A stretch of DNA of 64,000 nt from IMG/VR virus record IMGVR_UViG_3300005512_000003; one strand, 5' to 3'. The notes below the pieces were generated by a model. That model ran no database searches. It saw nothing but the letters and a program-made list of their open reading frames with translations, and was not told where the DNA came from. Both the position numbers and the translations under genes were made by a program. The DNA comes from a virus (Duplodnaviria; Caudoviricetes). Positions 1 to 11,116 of the stretch are shown here, piece by piece. How positions within the stretch are numbered: position 1 is the stretch's first letter; every line of letters starts with the position of its first letter.

Positions 1-3000
1 ATTCCAAAAGAATCTCTCAATGATTTAAAAGGAAATGGTGGCATTTTTAACACTGCTGAGACAACTTATAATAATAATACCCCGAGTGATGACTTGGGCA
101 TATATCAAGTAACTCCCACAAAAGCAGTTGTAAAGGGATATGATGTAGAAACAATCAGTTCTACCTTTGTAGATTTTCCAAAACCAAGAACTACTAAAAC
201 GGTTACAAATCAAAGAACAAATTACGTAACTGGTCCAACATACGTTCTCAATAGAGTTCATGGTGCTCCTACTATTGGTGTCGGCACCGACTTTGTTGTT
301 CATTTGATGGATTCTCGTAAGGGAGTATCTGGTATTGCATCTGCAGGAAAAGAAATCGGACTTGCAAGAGTATATGATTTTGTTCTTGAAAGTGGATCAT
401 ATGACACTACTGTACCAGATCTGAATGAATATGACATTTCTCTGTATGATATTCAAACTTACACAGAAGTAACGCTAAATCAGGCAACAACACTGACTGT
501 TCCAACTCACGTAAGAGGAAAATCTAGCGGAGCAACAGGTTTTCTTAGATATGATGTTTCTAGTGGCACTCTTCTTACACTTTATAATACCAAAGGCAAG
601 TTTAAGGATGGAGAGTCCTTTATCTTTGATGGGATTGATGACACCAGAATATCAGTTGCAACAACATCATATGGCACTGAAAAAGTAAAATCAATTTTTG
701 CAAGGGTTGGCACAGCAGGAACTTTTAATGCTGATGTTAAACCATCAACGCTTGCTAACGTTGGTTTTGTTAGTATTACTGCTGCATCTGGTGGAATAAG
801 CACTGTTACTACAACAGACTTCAACTTTATTGGTATTGCAACTGAAGGAAGCACAGTTTCTTTTACTAATGCAGGTCTTTCAACTGCAAGTTTTGCTAGA
901 GTTAGTACAGTTTCTAAACACTCTCTGACGATTGCTGGAGTGACTACAGTCATAGGTATTAATGAAGGTGGTCTCCCTGGAACTGCAATCCAACCAGCGG
1001 ACTTCAAAGTTTTATATTCTCCATTCCAGTCTTCTACTGACAATACATTATATACTGTTCTTCCAAAGAAGAATATTTCTAAAGTTGACATCAACAGCTC
1101 TTCTTTGATTATTAGAAAAAAGTTCTCAGTGACTGTTGTAAGCAATGAAACAAATACTATCCAAGCACCTAGCGGAGAAACTTTCCTGCCATTTGACGAG
1201 GAAAGATATTTGTTTATGAGGGATGATGGTAGTGTAGAAGAGTTGACAGCAGATAAGTTTATTTTTAATCCAACAAATACTACATTAAAAATTGAAGGTT
1301 TGTCAAACGCTACTGGTGGGGCACAACTTTTTGCAACTCTCACCAAAGCGCAACCATCATCAAAAACTAAGATTAGAAAGAAAGTTAATGTCTTAAATGT
1401 TAATCTTTCATCTAGTGCTAGTAGTGGTATTGGAACAACTACATTCGATGATGGGTTAACATTTGGTACATATCCATACGGAACAAGAGTTCAAGATAAG
1501 GACATTTGTCTTTTAAAAGCAGATGTAACTAAACTTTGGGGAGTATTTGAGTCTGATAACACTGCAAATGCAGATTTGCCCAACATTGCACTTACAGTTA
1601 TCAGTGGCACCAATGCCAAAACAAGTGACTTATTGATTGGTGAAGAGTTTGAAGGTCAAACTAGTGGAGCACTTGGCATTTATTGTGAAAAACTCTCAGA
1701 TAGTAAGATAAGTTATATTCGTCTGAATCAGGAGAGATTCCAAGAAGGGGAAACCATCAAGTTTAAAGATACTGGAGTAACTGCAACCGCTGAGATTCTT
1801 GGCAGAGGCGATAACAACATTACTCAAAACTATGTTCTTGATAATGGTCAGAGATCTACCATTTATGACTTTGGTAGAATAACAAGAAAGGACCTTAAAC
1901 TTGCTCCATCAAAGAGACTGAAAATTGTTTTTGAAACTGCTGAGTTTGAATCTTCTGATCGTGGGGATATTATAACAGTCAATAGTTACAATGCATTTGA
2001 CTATAAAAACATTCCAAGAGTAAATGGAGTTCCAAACTCTGATATTTTAGATATTAGACCTAGATCAACTTCTGTAGGAGTAGTCACTACTGGAGACTTA
2101 TCACCATTTGAATTTAGAGGAAGATCAATCAATGCTACTGGAAACTCTGTTCCAAACATTCTTGCTAGTGATGAGCAAATCCTTATCGATTATTCATACT
2201 ACTTACCAAGAATAGACAGAATCTTCTTAACAAAAGATGGAGTATTCCAGTTAAATCAAGGAACTCCAGCAGAAACTCCACAGTTACCAGATTCCATTGA
2301 TGATGGTATTGAAGTTGCAAGAGCATCCTTGCCTGCATATCTTTATGATATCAATGATGTAGACATCAATATCTTTGACTATAAAAGATACAAGATGTCC
2401 GATATCAATAAACTTGATAAGAGACTGAGCAATCTTGAACTGTTTACAGCACTTTCTCTGCTGGAAGTAGATACTGCAAATCTTCCAATCAAAGATAATG
2501 ATGGACTGATTAGATTTAAATCTGGATTCTTTGTTGATGATTTCTCTTCTACAAAAGCACAGAGAAAAGAAACTCTTGTAAAGAACAGTATTGATGTTAT
2601 CAATAGTGAACTGAGACCTGCACCATACACAACCGAGATAGATCTTCTTTTGGGAAGTGAGTCATCGATTGGAATCAATGGACCAGCTGATCCATTTGTA
2701 GATACAGAGTTTGTTTCTGATCTACTCGGATCGAATATTAAGAAAACTGGTCAGTTAGTAACACTGGATTATACAGAAGTTACTGAGATTGAGCAACCCT
2801 ATGCTACCAGACAAGAAAAAGTTTCTCCAGTAAGAACTTCTTACTATGGTGGTACTATTGAACTGACACCTTCTTCGGATGTTTGGGTTGATCAGACTAA
2901 AGTCAATGCTAGAAGTAATGAATACCTTAGTAACTATACAGAATCTCCAGAACAACTTGGCGTTTCCGACAATGACAAGCAGGCAGGATTTAACCCTGTA

Positions 3001-4308
3001 GTTTGGGGATCTTGGGATACTTTCTGGTCTGGACTGGACGATGGATATTCTTCTAGCATTCTTCAGAACTATGATATTGTTAATGACTATATTCAAACTT
3101 ACAATAAGACTGGAACTACATCAGTCCAAAGTGCTCGTAAGATCTTGAAGAATATCTTTGGAGATAACGCCAGTTCTCAAATCGTTCCTTATCTGAGAGA
3201 AAGAAACATTGAGTTTGTTGCAAGAAGATTAAAACCATTTACACGAGTATATGGTGTTTTTGAGGGACAAAACATTCAGAAGTATGTTGTACCAAAGTTA
3301 CTCCAAATTGAAATGTCAACTGGATCTTTCCAGGTTGGAGAAACTGTAATTGGTTTATTTGGAAATAAGTTTGACACCAACATCCCATCTATTAAGTTCC
3401 GAGTTGCACAACAAAACCATAAGTTTGGTCCTTATAACTTACCAACTCAAATCTTTGGAGCAAATCCATATTCCAGAGAATCTATCATTCCAGCAGCATA
3501 CTCTGCAACTTCAACTATATTAAACATTGATACTTACAGTCTTGCTGCTCAAGCACAAGGAGACTTCCATGGATGGGTGATAGCAGGTATGACTCTTAGA
3601 GGTCAAACTAGTGGAGCTGAAGCAGTTATTAGTGATGTAAAACTCCTCACTGATCAAAAAGGTGTTGTTATCGGATCTCTTTATATTCCAGATCCTAGTG
3701 TATCTTCAAACCCTGCTTTTGAAAGTGGCGTAAAGACATTTAAGTTAACAAGTAATAGTGTTATTTCTCAAACTACAGGAGTTCCACTTACAAGTGCAGA
3801 AGAGAAGTTCTACTCTGTTGGTGTCTTTAATAATACTCAAGAGAATTTAACTGCTACCCGTCCCGTAAGATTAGAAACTCAAAATCTTGTAGATTTCTCA
3901 GTTGGCAAGAGTGGCAGTTCTTCTGTTGTGTCAACCACTATTCTTGGTCAAAATGGACCCTCACAATCCCCACTTAGTGGAGGAACAACTCCATCTGCTG
4001 GTATTCAGGGAACTCAAGGGTTAACTGGGGCACAAACAACACAGTTTGTTGCTGGTATTCAAGGAACTGCTAACTCTGTTGGTTCTATAGTTCCAACATC
4101 ATCACCAGTAGCACCTGGAACTGTTGCTCCTGGATCTAGTGACGTGACTACTGAGTTCTTTACGGTATCAACATCACCAACAGCAACCTCAACTAACTTA
4201 ACTCCTGTCACAGAAGAAACTGTTGAAGTTACCACTACCTTTGTTGCAACTCCAGATGTATCTCAAACACTTGGATCTGGCACAAACAGTGGTTCCAGTG
4301 GTTACTAA
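1..4308 (+). CDS. Large VrlC-like (DUF4815-type) baseplate/tail structural protein, N-terminal part; 5'-truncated by the window
   Basis: Frame 1 is open from base 1. Motifs SPGKA-like PTKAVVKGY, YYLPRID, KRYKMSDI..L..R...LE and RFKSGFFVDDF are typical of this cyanomyophage protein, which lies upstream of g13. Confidence 0.75.
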   Translation: MPKESLNDLKGNGGIFNTAETTYNNNTPSDDLGIYQVTPTKAVVKGYDVETISSTFVDFPKPRTTKTVTNQRTNYVTGPTYVLNRVHGAPTIGVGTDFVVHLMDSRKGVSGIASAGKEIGLARVYDFVLESGSYDTTVPDLNEYDISLYDIQTYTEVTLNQATTLTVPTHVRGKSSGATGFLRYDVSSGTLLTLYNTKGKFKDGESFIFDGIDDTRISVATTSYGTEKVKSIFARVGTAGTFNADVKPSTLANVGFVSITAASGGISTVTTTDFNFIGIATEGSTVSFTNAGLSTASFARVSTVSKHSLTIAGVTTVIGINEGGLPGTAIQPADFKVLYSPFQSSTDNTLYTVLPKKNISKVDINSSSLIIRKKFSVTVVSNETNTIQAPSGETFLPFDEERYLFMRDDGSVEELTADKFIFNPTNTTLKIEGLSNATGGAQLFATLTKAQPSSKTKIRKKVNVLNVNLSSSASSGIGTTTFDDGLTFGTYPYGTRVQDKDICLLKADVTKLWGVFESDNTANADLPNIALTVISGTNAKTSDLLIGEEFEGQTSGALGIYCEKLSDSKISYIRLNQERFQEGETIKFKDTGVTATAEILGRGDNNITQNYVLDNGQRSTIYDFGRITRKDLKLAPSKRLKIVFETAEFESSDRGDIITVNSYNAFDYKNIPRVNGVPNSDILDIRPRSTSVGVVTTGDLSPFEFRGRSINATGNSVPNILASDEQILIDYSYYLPRIDRIFLTKDGVFQLNQGTPAETPQLPDSIDDGIEVARASLPAYLYDINDVDINIFDYKRYKMSDINKLDKRLSNLELFTALSLLEVDTANLPIKDNDGLIRFKSGFFVDDFSSTKAQRKETLVKNSIDVINSELRPAPYTTEIDLLLGSESSIGINGPADPFVDTEFVSDLLGSNIKKTGQLVTLDYTEVTEIEQPYATRQEKVSPVRTSYYGGTIELTPSSDVWVDQTKVNARSNEYLSNYTESPEQLGVSDNDKQAGFNPVVWGSWDTFWSGLDDGYSSSILQNYDIVNDYIQTYNKTGTTSVQSARKILKNIFGDNASSQIVPYLRERNIEFVARRLKPFTRVYGVFEGQNIQKYVVPKLLQIEMSTGSFQVGETVIGLFGNKFDTNIPSIKFRVAQQNHKFGPYNLPTQIFGANPYSRESIIPAAYSATSTILNIDTYSLAAQAQGDFHGWVIAGMTLRGQTSGAEAVISDVKLLTDQKGVVIGSLYIPDPSVSSNPAFESGVKTFKLTSNSVISQTTGVPLTSAEEKFYSVGVFNNTQENLTATRPVRLETQNLVDFSVGKSGSSSVVSTTILGQNGPSQSPLSGGTTPSAGIQGTQGLTGAQTTQFVAGIQGTANSVGSIVPTSSPVAPGTVAPGSSDVTTEFFTVSTSPTATSTNLTPVTEETVEVTTTFVATPDVSQTLGSGTNSGSSGY

Positions 4309-4349
4309 ATAAGTTAGATAGACCGACACTACCAAGTGATATCTAAGAA

Positions 4350-6809
4350 ATGAAAATCATAGATCCGTTAGCCCAGTCTTTTTACGTTGAGTCAGATAGT
4401 GGCATTTTTGTAACTTCAATTGATATCTTTTTCTCTGGAAAAGATAATAACTTGCCAGTAACGATTCAACTGAGACCAATGGTTTCAGGACTTCCTTCCG
4501 CAGAGATTTATCCCTTTAGTGAGGTAACACTGGAACCTGGACAGATAAACACGTCTGAAGATGCTAGCGTTGCTACTAAGGTAACATTCCCATCACCAGT
4601 ATATTTGCAAGGAAAGAAGTTTCATTCAATCTGTGTCTTATCAAACTCCAATAACTATAGAGTTTGGACATCTAGACTTGGTGAGGTAGATGTTACTTTG
4701 ATTGGTGGAGAGGAGTCAAGAGAAGTTTTTGTGACTCAAAGTCCTCTCTCAGGAAGTCTTTATAAAGCACAGAATGGATCTGAGTGGATATCAAGTGCTT
4801 ATGAAGACTTAAAGTTTACTTTGAGAAGAGCAAACTTTTCCAATAACGGAAATATTAACTTCTATAATCCAAATCTCAGTGAGGGTAATGAAGAGATTGC
4901 GACTTTGGTAAAAGATCCTCTTAATGTTACATCTAAAAGCATCAGAGTCGGTCTAGGAACGACAGTCTCAGAAACTTTAGTATCTGGAATGATCACTGGA
5001 CTGACTATCAGTCAGTCTAATACAAATGCAACTGGAACTTTAGTAGGTTTTGCTGGATCTGCTACTGGTGATCTTACTATCACTAATGCAGGTGCTGGAT
5101 ATTCTACAATCAGTGGATCCACAGTTCACAGTTCAGTGGATCTCGTTACTATAACTGGTAATGGCGAAAGTGCTACAGCAGACATTACGGTAACAAATGG
5201 AGTTGCAGTAGCTGCGACCATTGTGGCAGGGGGAAGTGGATACGTCGTTGGTGATGTATTGACTGTGAGTTCATTGACAAACTCCACAATCGGTAAAAAT
5301 ATGCAACTGACTGTTGCAGACACATTTGGAAATAATACATTAGTCCTTGATCGGGTCAAGGGAGATTTCTCTATTGGGGCAGGTAATACCATTCAGTTTA
5401 CTAATGGAAATGGCGTTTTAACGGTAGCAACTGGTGTTGGAGCGACTTCTGTAACTTCTGTGACCGATGGACTACACATCAAAGTCAACCATAAGAATCA
5501 TGGTTTATGTGCCACACATGGATCGGTTGTCATTTCAAATGTTTCTCCAGATATTGCTCCAGCAAGACTAACAGACACCTATGCAAATACCGCAACTACA
5601 GCGGTTTCTGTAGACAATGGTGGATTATTTGGAGTTTTTGAAGGAGTTGGAGTAGGATCAACAAATCCTGGATATGCAATTATCGGAGATGAAATCATCT
5701 CTTATGAAAATGTAGTCAATAATCAACTTACAGGTATCACTAGAAATATTGATGATACTCTTTCATACACTTACACTTCAGGAACAGAGATTCGTAAATA
5801 TGAACTTGCAGGTGTTTCTTTAAGACGAATCAATAAAGAGCACGATCTAACTCAAGTCACAGTTTCTAATCCGTTAGATCTTGATTATTATAACGTAAAA
5901 CTTGATATGTCTACTAATGGCATTGATAGAAGTGTAGGGACTAGTTTCCCCAAACTTTATTTGAATGCTACTAAGTCCACTGGTGGAGAAACTGTAAAGG
6001 CAACTCAAAATATTATTTTTGATGTAATCAAACCAGTGATTCAGACAATGACTGTCAGAGGAACTAATATCGATTCTTCTATTAGAACAGTTACTGCACA
6101 TACAGTTGCTGGCGGAGAAACTCCATATGTTGATCAAGGATTTGAAAATATCAGTTTGAAGAAATCAAACTATCTGACCTCTCCAAGAATGATTGCATCA
6201 AAAGTCAATGAGACTAATGATCTAACATCACTACCTGGTAATAAGTCATTTACCCTGAATATGAATTTGTCAACTTCGGATAACAGAGTTTCTCCTGTTG
6301 TTGACTTAGATAGAGTTTCTGTTATTTTGACTTCTAACAGAATCAATAATCCAATATCAAACTACGCTACTGATATCAGAACATCTACATTAGCAGAAGA
6401 TCCATCTGCTTTTGTATATGCAACTAAACCAATAGCACTGGAAGTTCCAGCAAATGCTATTAAGGTGTTGTTCTCTGCATATATTAATCAAACTAGTGAC
6501 GTTCGTGTCTTCTATGCGCTTCAAGAAGAACCATCGGACGAACCATTCTACTTCCCATTCCCAGGTTATGCAAACATTGCAACTGATGGAACAGTAGATG
6601 TTGGAAATAGTGATGGTTCATCTGATGTAAACGTACCAAAAACAGACGTTCTTGGATTTTCTCAAGACGAGTTGATTTATAGAGATTATGAATACACGGT
6701 AGATGACTTGGAGTCATTCAGATACTTTAGTATTAAGATTGTTGGATCATCTACAAATCAATCATATCCACCAAGACTCAGAGATTTAAGAATCATTGCT
6801 CTTGCTTGA
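4350..6809 (+). CDS. VrlC-like structural protein, C-terminal part
   Basis: Starts with DPLAQSF, contains EDLKF.L.RA.F and ends P.LRDLRIIALA, the conserved C-terminal half of this family. Confidence 0.75.
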   Translation: MKIIDPLAQSFYVESDSGIFVTSIDIFFSGKDNNLPVTIQLRPMVSGLPSAEIYPFSEVTLEPGQINTSEDASVATKVTFPSPVYLQGKKFHSICVLSNSNNYRVWTSRLGEVDVTLIGGEESREVFVTQSPLSGSLYKAQNGSEWISSAYEDLKFTLRRANFSNNGNINFYNPNLSEGNEEIATLVKDPLNVTSKSIRVGLGTTVSETLVSGMITGLTISQSNTNATGTLVGFAGSATGDLTITNAGAGYSTISGSTVHSSVDLVTITGNGESATADITVTNGVAVAATIVAGGSGYVVGDVLTVSSLTNSTIGKNMQLTVADTFGNNTLVLDRVKGDFSIGAGNTIQFTNGNGVLTVATGVGATSVTSVTDGLHIKVNHKNHGLCATHGSVVISNVSPDIAPARLTDTYANTATTAVSVDNGGLFGVFEGVGVGSTNPGYAIIGDEIISYENVVNNQLTGITRNIDDTLSYTYTSGTEIRKYELAGVSLRRINKEHDLTQVTVSNPLDLDYYNVKLDMSTNGIDRSVGTSFPKLYLNATKSTGGETVKATQNIIFDVIKPVIQTMTVRGTNIDSSIRTVTAHTVAGGETPYVDQGFENISLKKSNYLTSPRMIASKVNETNDLTSLPGNKSFTLNMNLSTSDNRVSPVVDLDRVSVILTSNRINNPISNYATDIRTSTLAEDPSAFVYATKPIALEVPANAIKVLFSAYINQTSDVRVFYALQEEPSDEPFYFPFPGYANIATDGTVDVGNSDGSSDVNVPKTDVLGFSQDELIYRDYEYTVDDLESFRYFSIKIVGSSTNQSYPPRLRDLRIIALA

Positions 6810-7036
6810 TTATGAACTACTCTAAAGTAGAAGGGTTCAATAATCTCATGAGGGATGAGGTTTCTCAGGCGGTGATAAACACAAATGTCACTGAATATCA
6901 CAAATACTTGTCTGAGAAACAGAAAAAGAAAATGGAAAATGAGAGGATGGAATCCATTGAGAATGAAATATCAGATCTGAAGTCTGATGTCAGTGAAATA
7001 AAGGATCTACTGAAGCATATTGTCAAATCATTATAG
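6806..7036 (+). CDS. Conserved small coiled-coil protein upstream of g13
   Basis: Y.KVEG..NL.RD..S.AVIN plus a C-terminal heptad repeat; the likely start is the ATG at 6812. Confidence 0.7.
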   Translation: MIMNYSKVEGFNNLMRDEVSQAVINTNVTEYHKYLSEKQKKKMENERMESIENEISDLKSDVSEIKDLLKHIVKSL

Positions 7037-7058
7037 ATAATATAGGGGGATTGCAACA

Positions 7059-7898
7059 ATGGCACAACCATCCACAAGACAAGGACTGATTGACTACGCG
7101 AAGAGGCAACTGGGTTATCCAGTGCTGGAGATCAACGTTGCTGATGAGCAACTCTCCGATGCAGTGGATGATGCGTTACAATATTTTCACGAAAGACATT
7201 TTGATGGGGTATATCCAACCTTCTTAAAATACCAGATAACTCAAGATGATATTGACAGAGGAAGAGCACCAAATACTAGCACTTCTGGTTTAGTTGGTCT
7301 CACCACAGAGCATACAGTTGGAGTTACAACTCAGTTTGCTTGGAAAGAAAATGCAAACTACTTGTATATTCCAGAGTCTGTAATAGGAATCAACAGAGTA
7401 TTTAAATTTGATGGTAGTAACAGTATTACCAACAATATGTTCAGTGTAAAGTATCAGCTGTTCTTGAATGATATCTACTATTGGGGATCAACTGAACTTC
7501 TAACATATACAATGACCAAGCGTTATCTGGAAGATCTTGATTTCGCTATCAGCACAATGAAGCAGTTTAGATTCAATAAGAGACAAGATAAACTGTTTAT
7601 TGATATAGATTGGGGATCTCTGAGTGTGGATGATTACATTGTCATTGAGTGTTACAGAGTTTTAGATCCCACTCAAAATACTCAAGTATATAACGATTCA
7701 TTCCTTAAAAAATATGTAACTGCTCTGATTAAGAAGCAGTGGGGAATGAATATGATGAAGTTTACTGGGGTAAAACTACCTGGTGGAGTGGAGTTAAATG
7801 GTAGACAAATGTATGATGATGCAATGAAAGATCTTGATGACATTCAGCAAATGATGTCAAGCACTTATGAACTTCCACCACTGGACATGATCGGTTGA
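7059..7898 (+). CDS. g13: Neck protein gp13
   Basis: LG.PVLEINVADEQ, ALQYF.ERHFDG, K.QWG.N..KF.GV.LPGGVELNG; synteny. Confidence 0.95.
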   Translation: MAQPSTRQGLIDYAKRQLGYPVLEINVADEQLSDAVDDALQYFHERHFDGVYPTFLKYQITQDDIDRGRAPNTSTSGLVGLTTEHTVGVTTQFAWKENANYLYIPESVIGINRVFKFDGSNSITNNMFSVKYQLFLNDIYYWGSTELLTYTMTKRYLEDLDFAISTMKQFRFNKRQDKLFIDIDWGSLSVDDYIVIECYRVLDPTQNTQVYNDSFLKKYVTALIKKQWGMNMMKFTGVKLPGGVELNGRQMYDDAMKDLDDIQQMMSSTYELPPLDMIG

Positions 7899-7902
7899 TC
7901 TT

Positions 7903-9270
7903 ATGGCACTTAATCCGTTTTTCCTACAAGGTTCACAGACTGAGCAAGGACTTGTTCAGGATCTCATCAACGAACAGTTGAGGATGTATGGTGTTGAGTG
8001 CTATTATATGCCAAGGTCTTTTGATACTATAAAAACCATTATGGAAGAAGTTACTTCTTCCAGTTTTAATAATGCTATTCCTTTAGAAGCGTATGTTGAA
8101 AACTATGAGGGATATGAGGGACAAGGAAGTATAATGAGTAAGTTTGGCATCCAACCTATGGATGACCTGACTTTAACTATTTCAAAAGAAAGATTTGAGC
8201 AGAAAGTTCAACCAGTTATTAAGAATGACCCCGTTGGTATATTATCAACTCGCCCTAAAGAGGGAGACTTAGTATATTTCCCTCTTGGGGACAGACTATT
8301 TGAGATTAAGTTTGTTGAGCACGAGCAACCATTTTACCAGTTACAGAAAACGTATACTTATCAACTTAAGTGTGAACTCTTCCGCTACGAAGATGAGATA
8401 ATTGATACTGGTGTCACTTTTGTGGATGACAATGTTGAAGAAGAAGGTTACATTCAAGAACTCAAACTTGTTGGAGTTGGAACTACTGCAACTGCTGTAA
8501 CAACTCTTGTTAATGGAGCGATTCAGCAAGTCTTCATTAATCAGGATGGCAATGGTTACACATTACCACCTCGTGTCGTAATAGGTAATCCTATATCTGC
8601 TGGAACAACAGCGTCTGCAGTTGCTATTGCCGCTACCAATGGTGGTCTTGACGCAGTTCAGTTTATTAATCCTGGTGCGGGATATACAAGTAATCCTGTC
8701 ATATTCTTCTTCCCAACATCTACAGGTGGCGGTACAGGTGCTGCTGCAACAGTTGGTATCACCTCTAGTGGTGTTGGTATTGTCACGGTTACTGAAAAAG
8801 GTGCATTCTATACATCTGCTCCTACTATTACATTCAGTGATCCTCCTGCGGGTGTTGGAAATACAGCAGCAACAGCGGTTGCTGTTATGGGAGGAACTCA
8901 AGTTCAGAGTATTCGTATTACAAACGCTGGTCGTGGATATACATCCGCACCAACTATTACGATTTCTGCACCTGCTACCTCTGGCCTTGGCACATACATC
9001 TTCAACGAAGAACTTATTGGAACAGCATCAAGTACAGTTGGAAGAGTCAAATCTTGGAATCCAGAAACAAGAACTGCAACTGTTGGAATCGTCACAGGAT
9101 TTTTCCAAGTTGGAGAAACTATTCAAGGTCTTGAGTCTGGTGCTACTTACAGATTGGAAGAGCAACAGATTGATAACGTCATCGATGAGTATAACCAAAA
9201 CCTTGACATTGAGACCGAAGCTGATGGAATTCTCGATTTCACAGAGAGAAATCCATTCGGAGATGTTTGA
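7903..9270 (+). CDS. g14: Neck protein gp14 with inserted Gly/Thr-rich beta-repeat domains
   Basis: EQ.L.QDLINEQLRMYG, RPKEGDLVYFPL, LFEIKFVEHEQPFYQL and C-terminal DFTERNPFG. Confidence 0.93.
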   Translation: MALNPFFLQGSQTEQGLVQDLINEQLRMYGVECYYMPRSFDTIKTIMEEVTSSSFNNAIPLEAYVENYEGYEGQGSIMSKFGIQPMDDLTLTISKERFEQKVQPVIKNDPVGILSTRPKEGDLVYFPLGDRLFEIKFVEHEQPFYQLQKTYTYQLKCELFRYEDEIIDTGVTFVDDNVEEEGYIQELKLVGVGTTATAVTTLVNGAIQQVFINQDGNGYTLPPRVVIGNPISAGTTASAVAIAATNGGLDAVQFINPGAGYTSNPVIFFFPTSTGGGTGAAATVGITSSGVGIVTVTEKGAFYTSAPTITFSDPPAGVGNTAATAVAVMGGTQVQSIRITNAGRGYTSAPTITISAPATSGLGTYIFNEELIGTASSTVGRVKSWNPETRTATVGIVTGFFQVGETIQGLESGATYRLEEQQIDNVIDEYNQNLDIETEADGILDFTERNPFGDV

Positions 9271-9306
9271 TTTTGTTAAATAGTTAGTAAATAGGGACAC
9301 TATACG

Positions 9307-10356
9307 ATGTTTGAATATTTTTATCACCAAATCTTAAGGAAGACTGTAGTCTCTTTTGGAACGTTATTTAATAACATTCTGATACGACACACAGATGCAA
9401 ATGGCGCAGATGTAAGTGTCATGAAAGTTCCTTTGGCATATGGACCTACCGATAAGTTTCTTGCAAGGATTCAGCAAGCAGCAGACCTGAACAAACCTGT
9501 TCAACTGTCCCTCCCAAGAATGTCATTTGAGTTCATTGGACTCACTTATGACCCAAGTAGAAAAGTAACTACAACACAACATTTTAAGGCAGCTAGAAAT
9601 CTTGGTGACAAGACAACTACCAAGAAAGTCTATATGCCTGTCCCTTATAATATGAGGTTTGAGTTGGCAATCATGGCAAAGAAGAATGATGATTGTTTGC
9701 AGATCATCGAACAGATTCTGCCATATTTCCAACCAGCATATACAATGACGGTTAACTTGATCTCTGATATTGGAGAGAAAAGAGACATTCCTGTGATCTT
9801 GGATGGCATCACCATGAGAGATGATTATGATGGCGATTTCAACCAAAGAAGAGTCTTATATTACACTCTAACATTTACTGCAAAAACATATCTGTTTGGT
9901 CCTGTTGCTTCTGCATCTGGAGTTATCAAGAAGGCAACTATCGATTACATGACTGGAATCGATCAAAATCAAGCAAGGAGAGAACAGCGTTACAGTGTCA
10001 CTCCCCGTGCTGTTCGCGATTACAACGTTGATCAAACCACAACGTTTATAGAGAATGTAACCAAGACAGAGACTATCATTGATGTAAGTAGTGTAAGTGG
10101 TCTCACTGAAAAATCATACATTAATGTTGATGGTGAGCAAATGCGTATCAAGAAAATTGATGGCACCAAGATTGTTGTTGAAAGGGGTATGGATGGAACG
10201 GAAGCGATTGAGCACGGTGTAGGTGCATATGTCAACGTCGTCAACACTGACGATGATGTATTGATTGAAGTTGGAGATGATTTCGGGTTCAATGAAACAT
10301 TATCGTTCTTCCAAGACTTTAAAGAATATAGTCCATCTCAAGGTGAGGATATCTGA
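9307..10356 (+). CDS. g15: Tail sheath stabilizer/terminator gp15
   Basis: YFYH..LRKTVV.FGTLFNNI, LPRMSFE, QI.EQILPYFQP. Confidence 0.95.
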   Translation: MFEYFYHQILRKTVVSFGTLFNNILIRHTDANGADVSVMKVPLAYGPTDKFLARIQQAADLNKPVQLSLPRMSFEFIGLTYDPSRKVTTTQHFKAARNLGDKTTTKKVYMPVPYNMRFELAIMAKKNDDCLQIIEQILPYFQPAYTMTVNLISDIGEKRDIPVILDGITMRDDYDGDFNQRRVLYYTLTFTAKTYLFGPVASASGVIKKATIDYMTGIDQNQARREQRYSVTPRAVRDYNVDQTTTFIENVTKTETIIDVSSVSGLTEKSYINVDGEQMRIKKIDGTKIVVERGMDGTEAIEHGVGAYVNVVNTDDDVLIEVGDDFGFNETLSFFQDFKEYSPSQGEDI

Positions 10357-10772
10357 TGAAGACTGATAAACTTGACGAAGTATTTAATGTAAGTCCTACA
10401 GAAATTGTGGAGACTAATGTCGAAGAACCTGCCATTATTAAAAAGTTAAAATCAGAAAAAACAGACGTTCAAAAAGATTATGAATACACCAGAGGAAACT
10501 TATATTCTCTGATTGAAAAGGGTCAAGAAGCAGTGAATGGTATTCTTGAACTGGCACAAGAAAGTGAAATGCCAAGAGCATATGAAGTTGCTGGACAACT
10601 AATCAAAAACGTTGCTGATGCGACAGACAAGTTGATAGATCTCCAGAAAAAGTTAAAAGACATCGAAGAAGAATCACCAAAAGGACCAACAAATGTAACA
10701 AATGCCCTATTTGTTGGTTCTACAGCAGAACTTCAAAAACTCTTAAAATCTAAGGACCTAAATAATCAATAA
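10356..10772 (+). CDS. g16: Terminase small subunit gp16
   Basis: DYEYTR.NLY.LIEKGQEA, PRAYEV.GQLIK, NALFVGST.ELQK. Confidence 0.95.
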   Translation: MKTDKLDEVFNVSPTEIVETNVEEPAIIKKLKSEKTDVQKDYEYTRGNLYSLIEKGQEAVNGILELAQESEMPRAYEVAGQLIKNVADATDKLIDLQKKLKDIEEESPKGPTNVTNALFVGSTAELQKLLKSKDLNNQ

Positions 10773-10783
10773 AACCATAAATC

Positions 10784-11116
10784 ATGGCAGCGAGATCAGT
10801 CAATCTAACAGTAGAACAGGGAACTGATTTTACTACTACATTTACCATCAAAAACCCTGATGGTACAGTGTTACCATTGACTGGTTATTCTTGCGAAGCA
10901 AAACTAGGCAAACATCCATCCGCTTCTTCAACTACATCATTCACCGTTTCCATAACTGCAGCATCTGGAAAAATTACCTTAACGTTAACCAACTCAGTAA
11001 CTGCAGATTTAAAACCTGGAAGATATTACTATGATGTTGTGATTGAAAGTTCTGGTGGATCAAAAACTAGAGTTATTGAAGGTATGGTTTTAGTCACTGC
11101 TGGACTTGCTTCCTAA
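10784..11116 (+). CDS. Small Ig-like/BppU-like virion protein
   Basis: NL.VEQGTDF, LTGY, G.ITL.LT...T..LKPGRYYYDV, RVIEG.V.VT. Confidence 0.65.
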   Translation: MAARSVNLTVEQGTDFTTTFTIKNPDGTVLPLTGYSCEAKLGKHPSASSTTSFTVSITAASGKITLTLTNSVTADLKPGRYYYDVVIESSGGSKTRVIEGMVLVTAGLAS

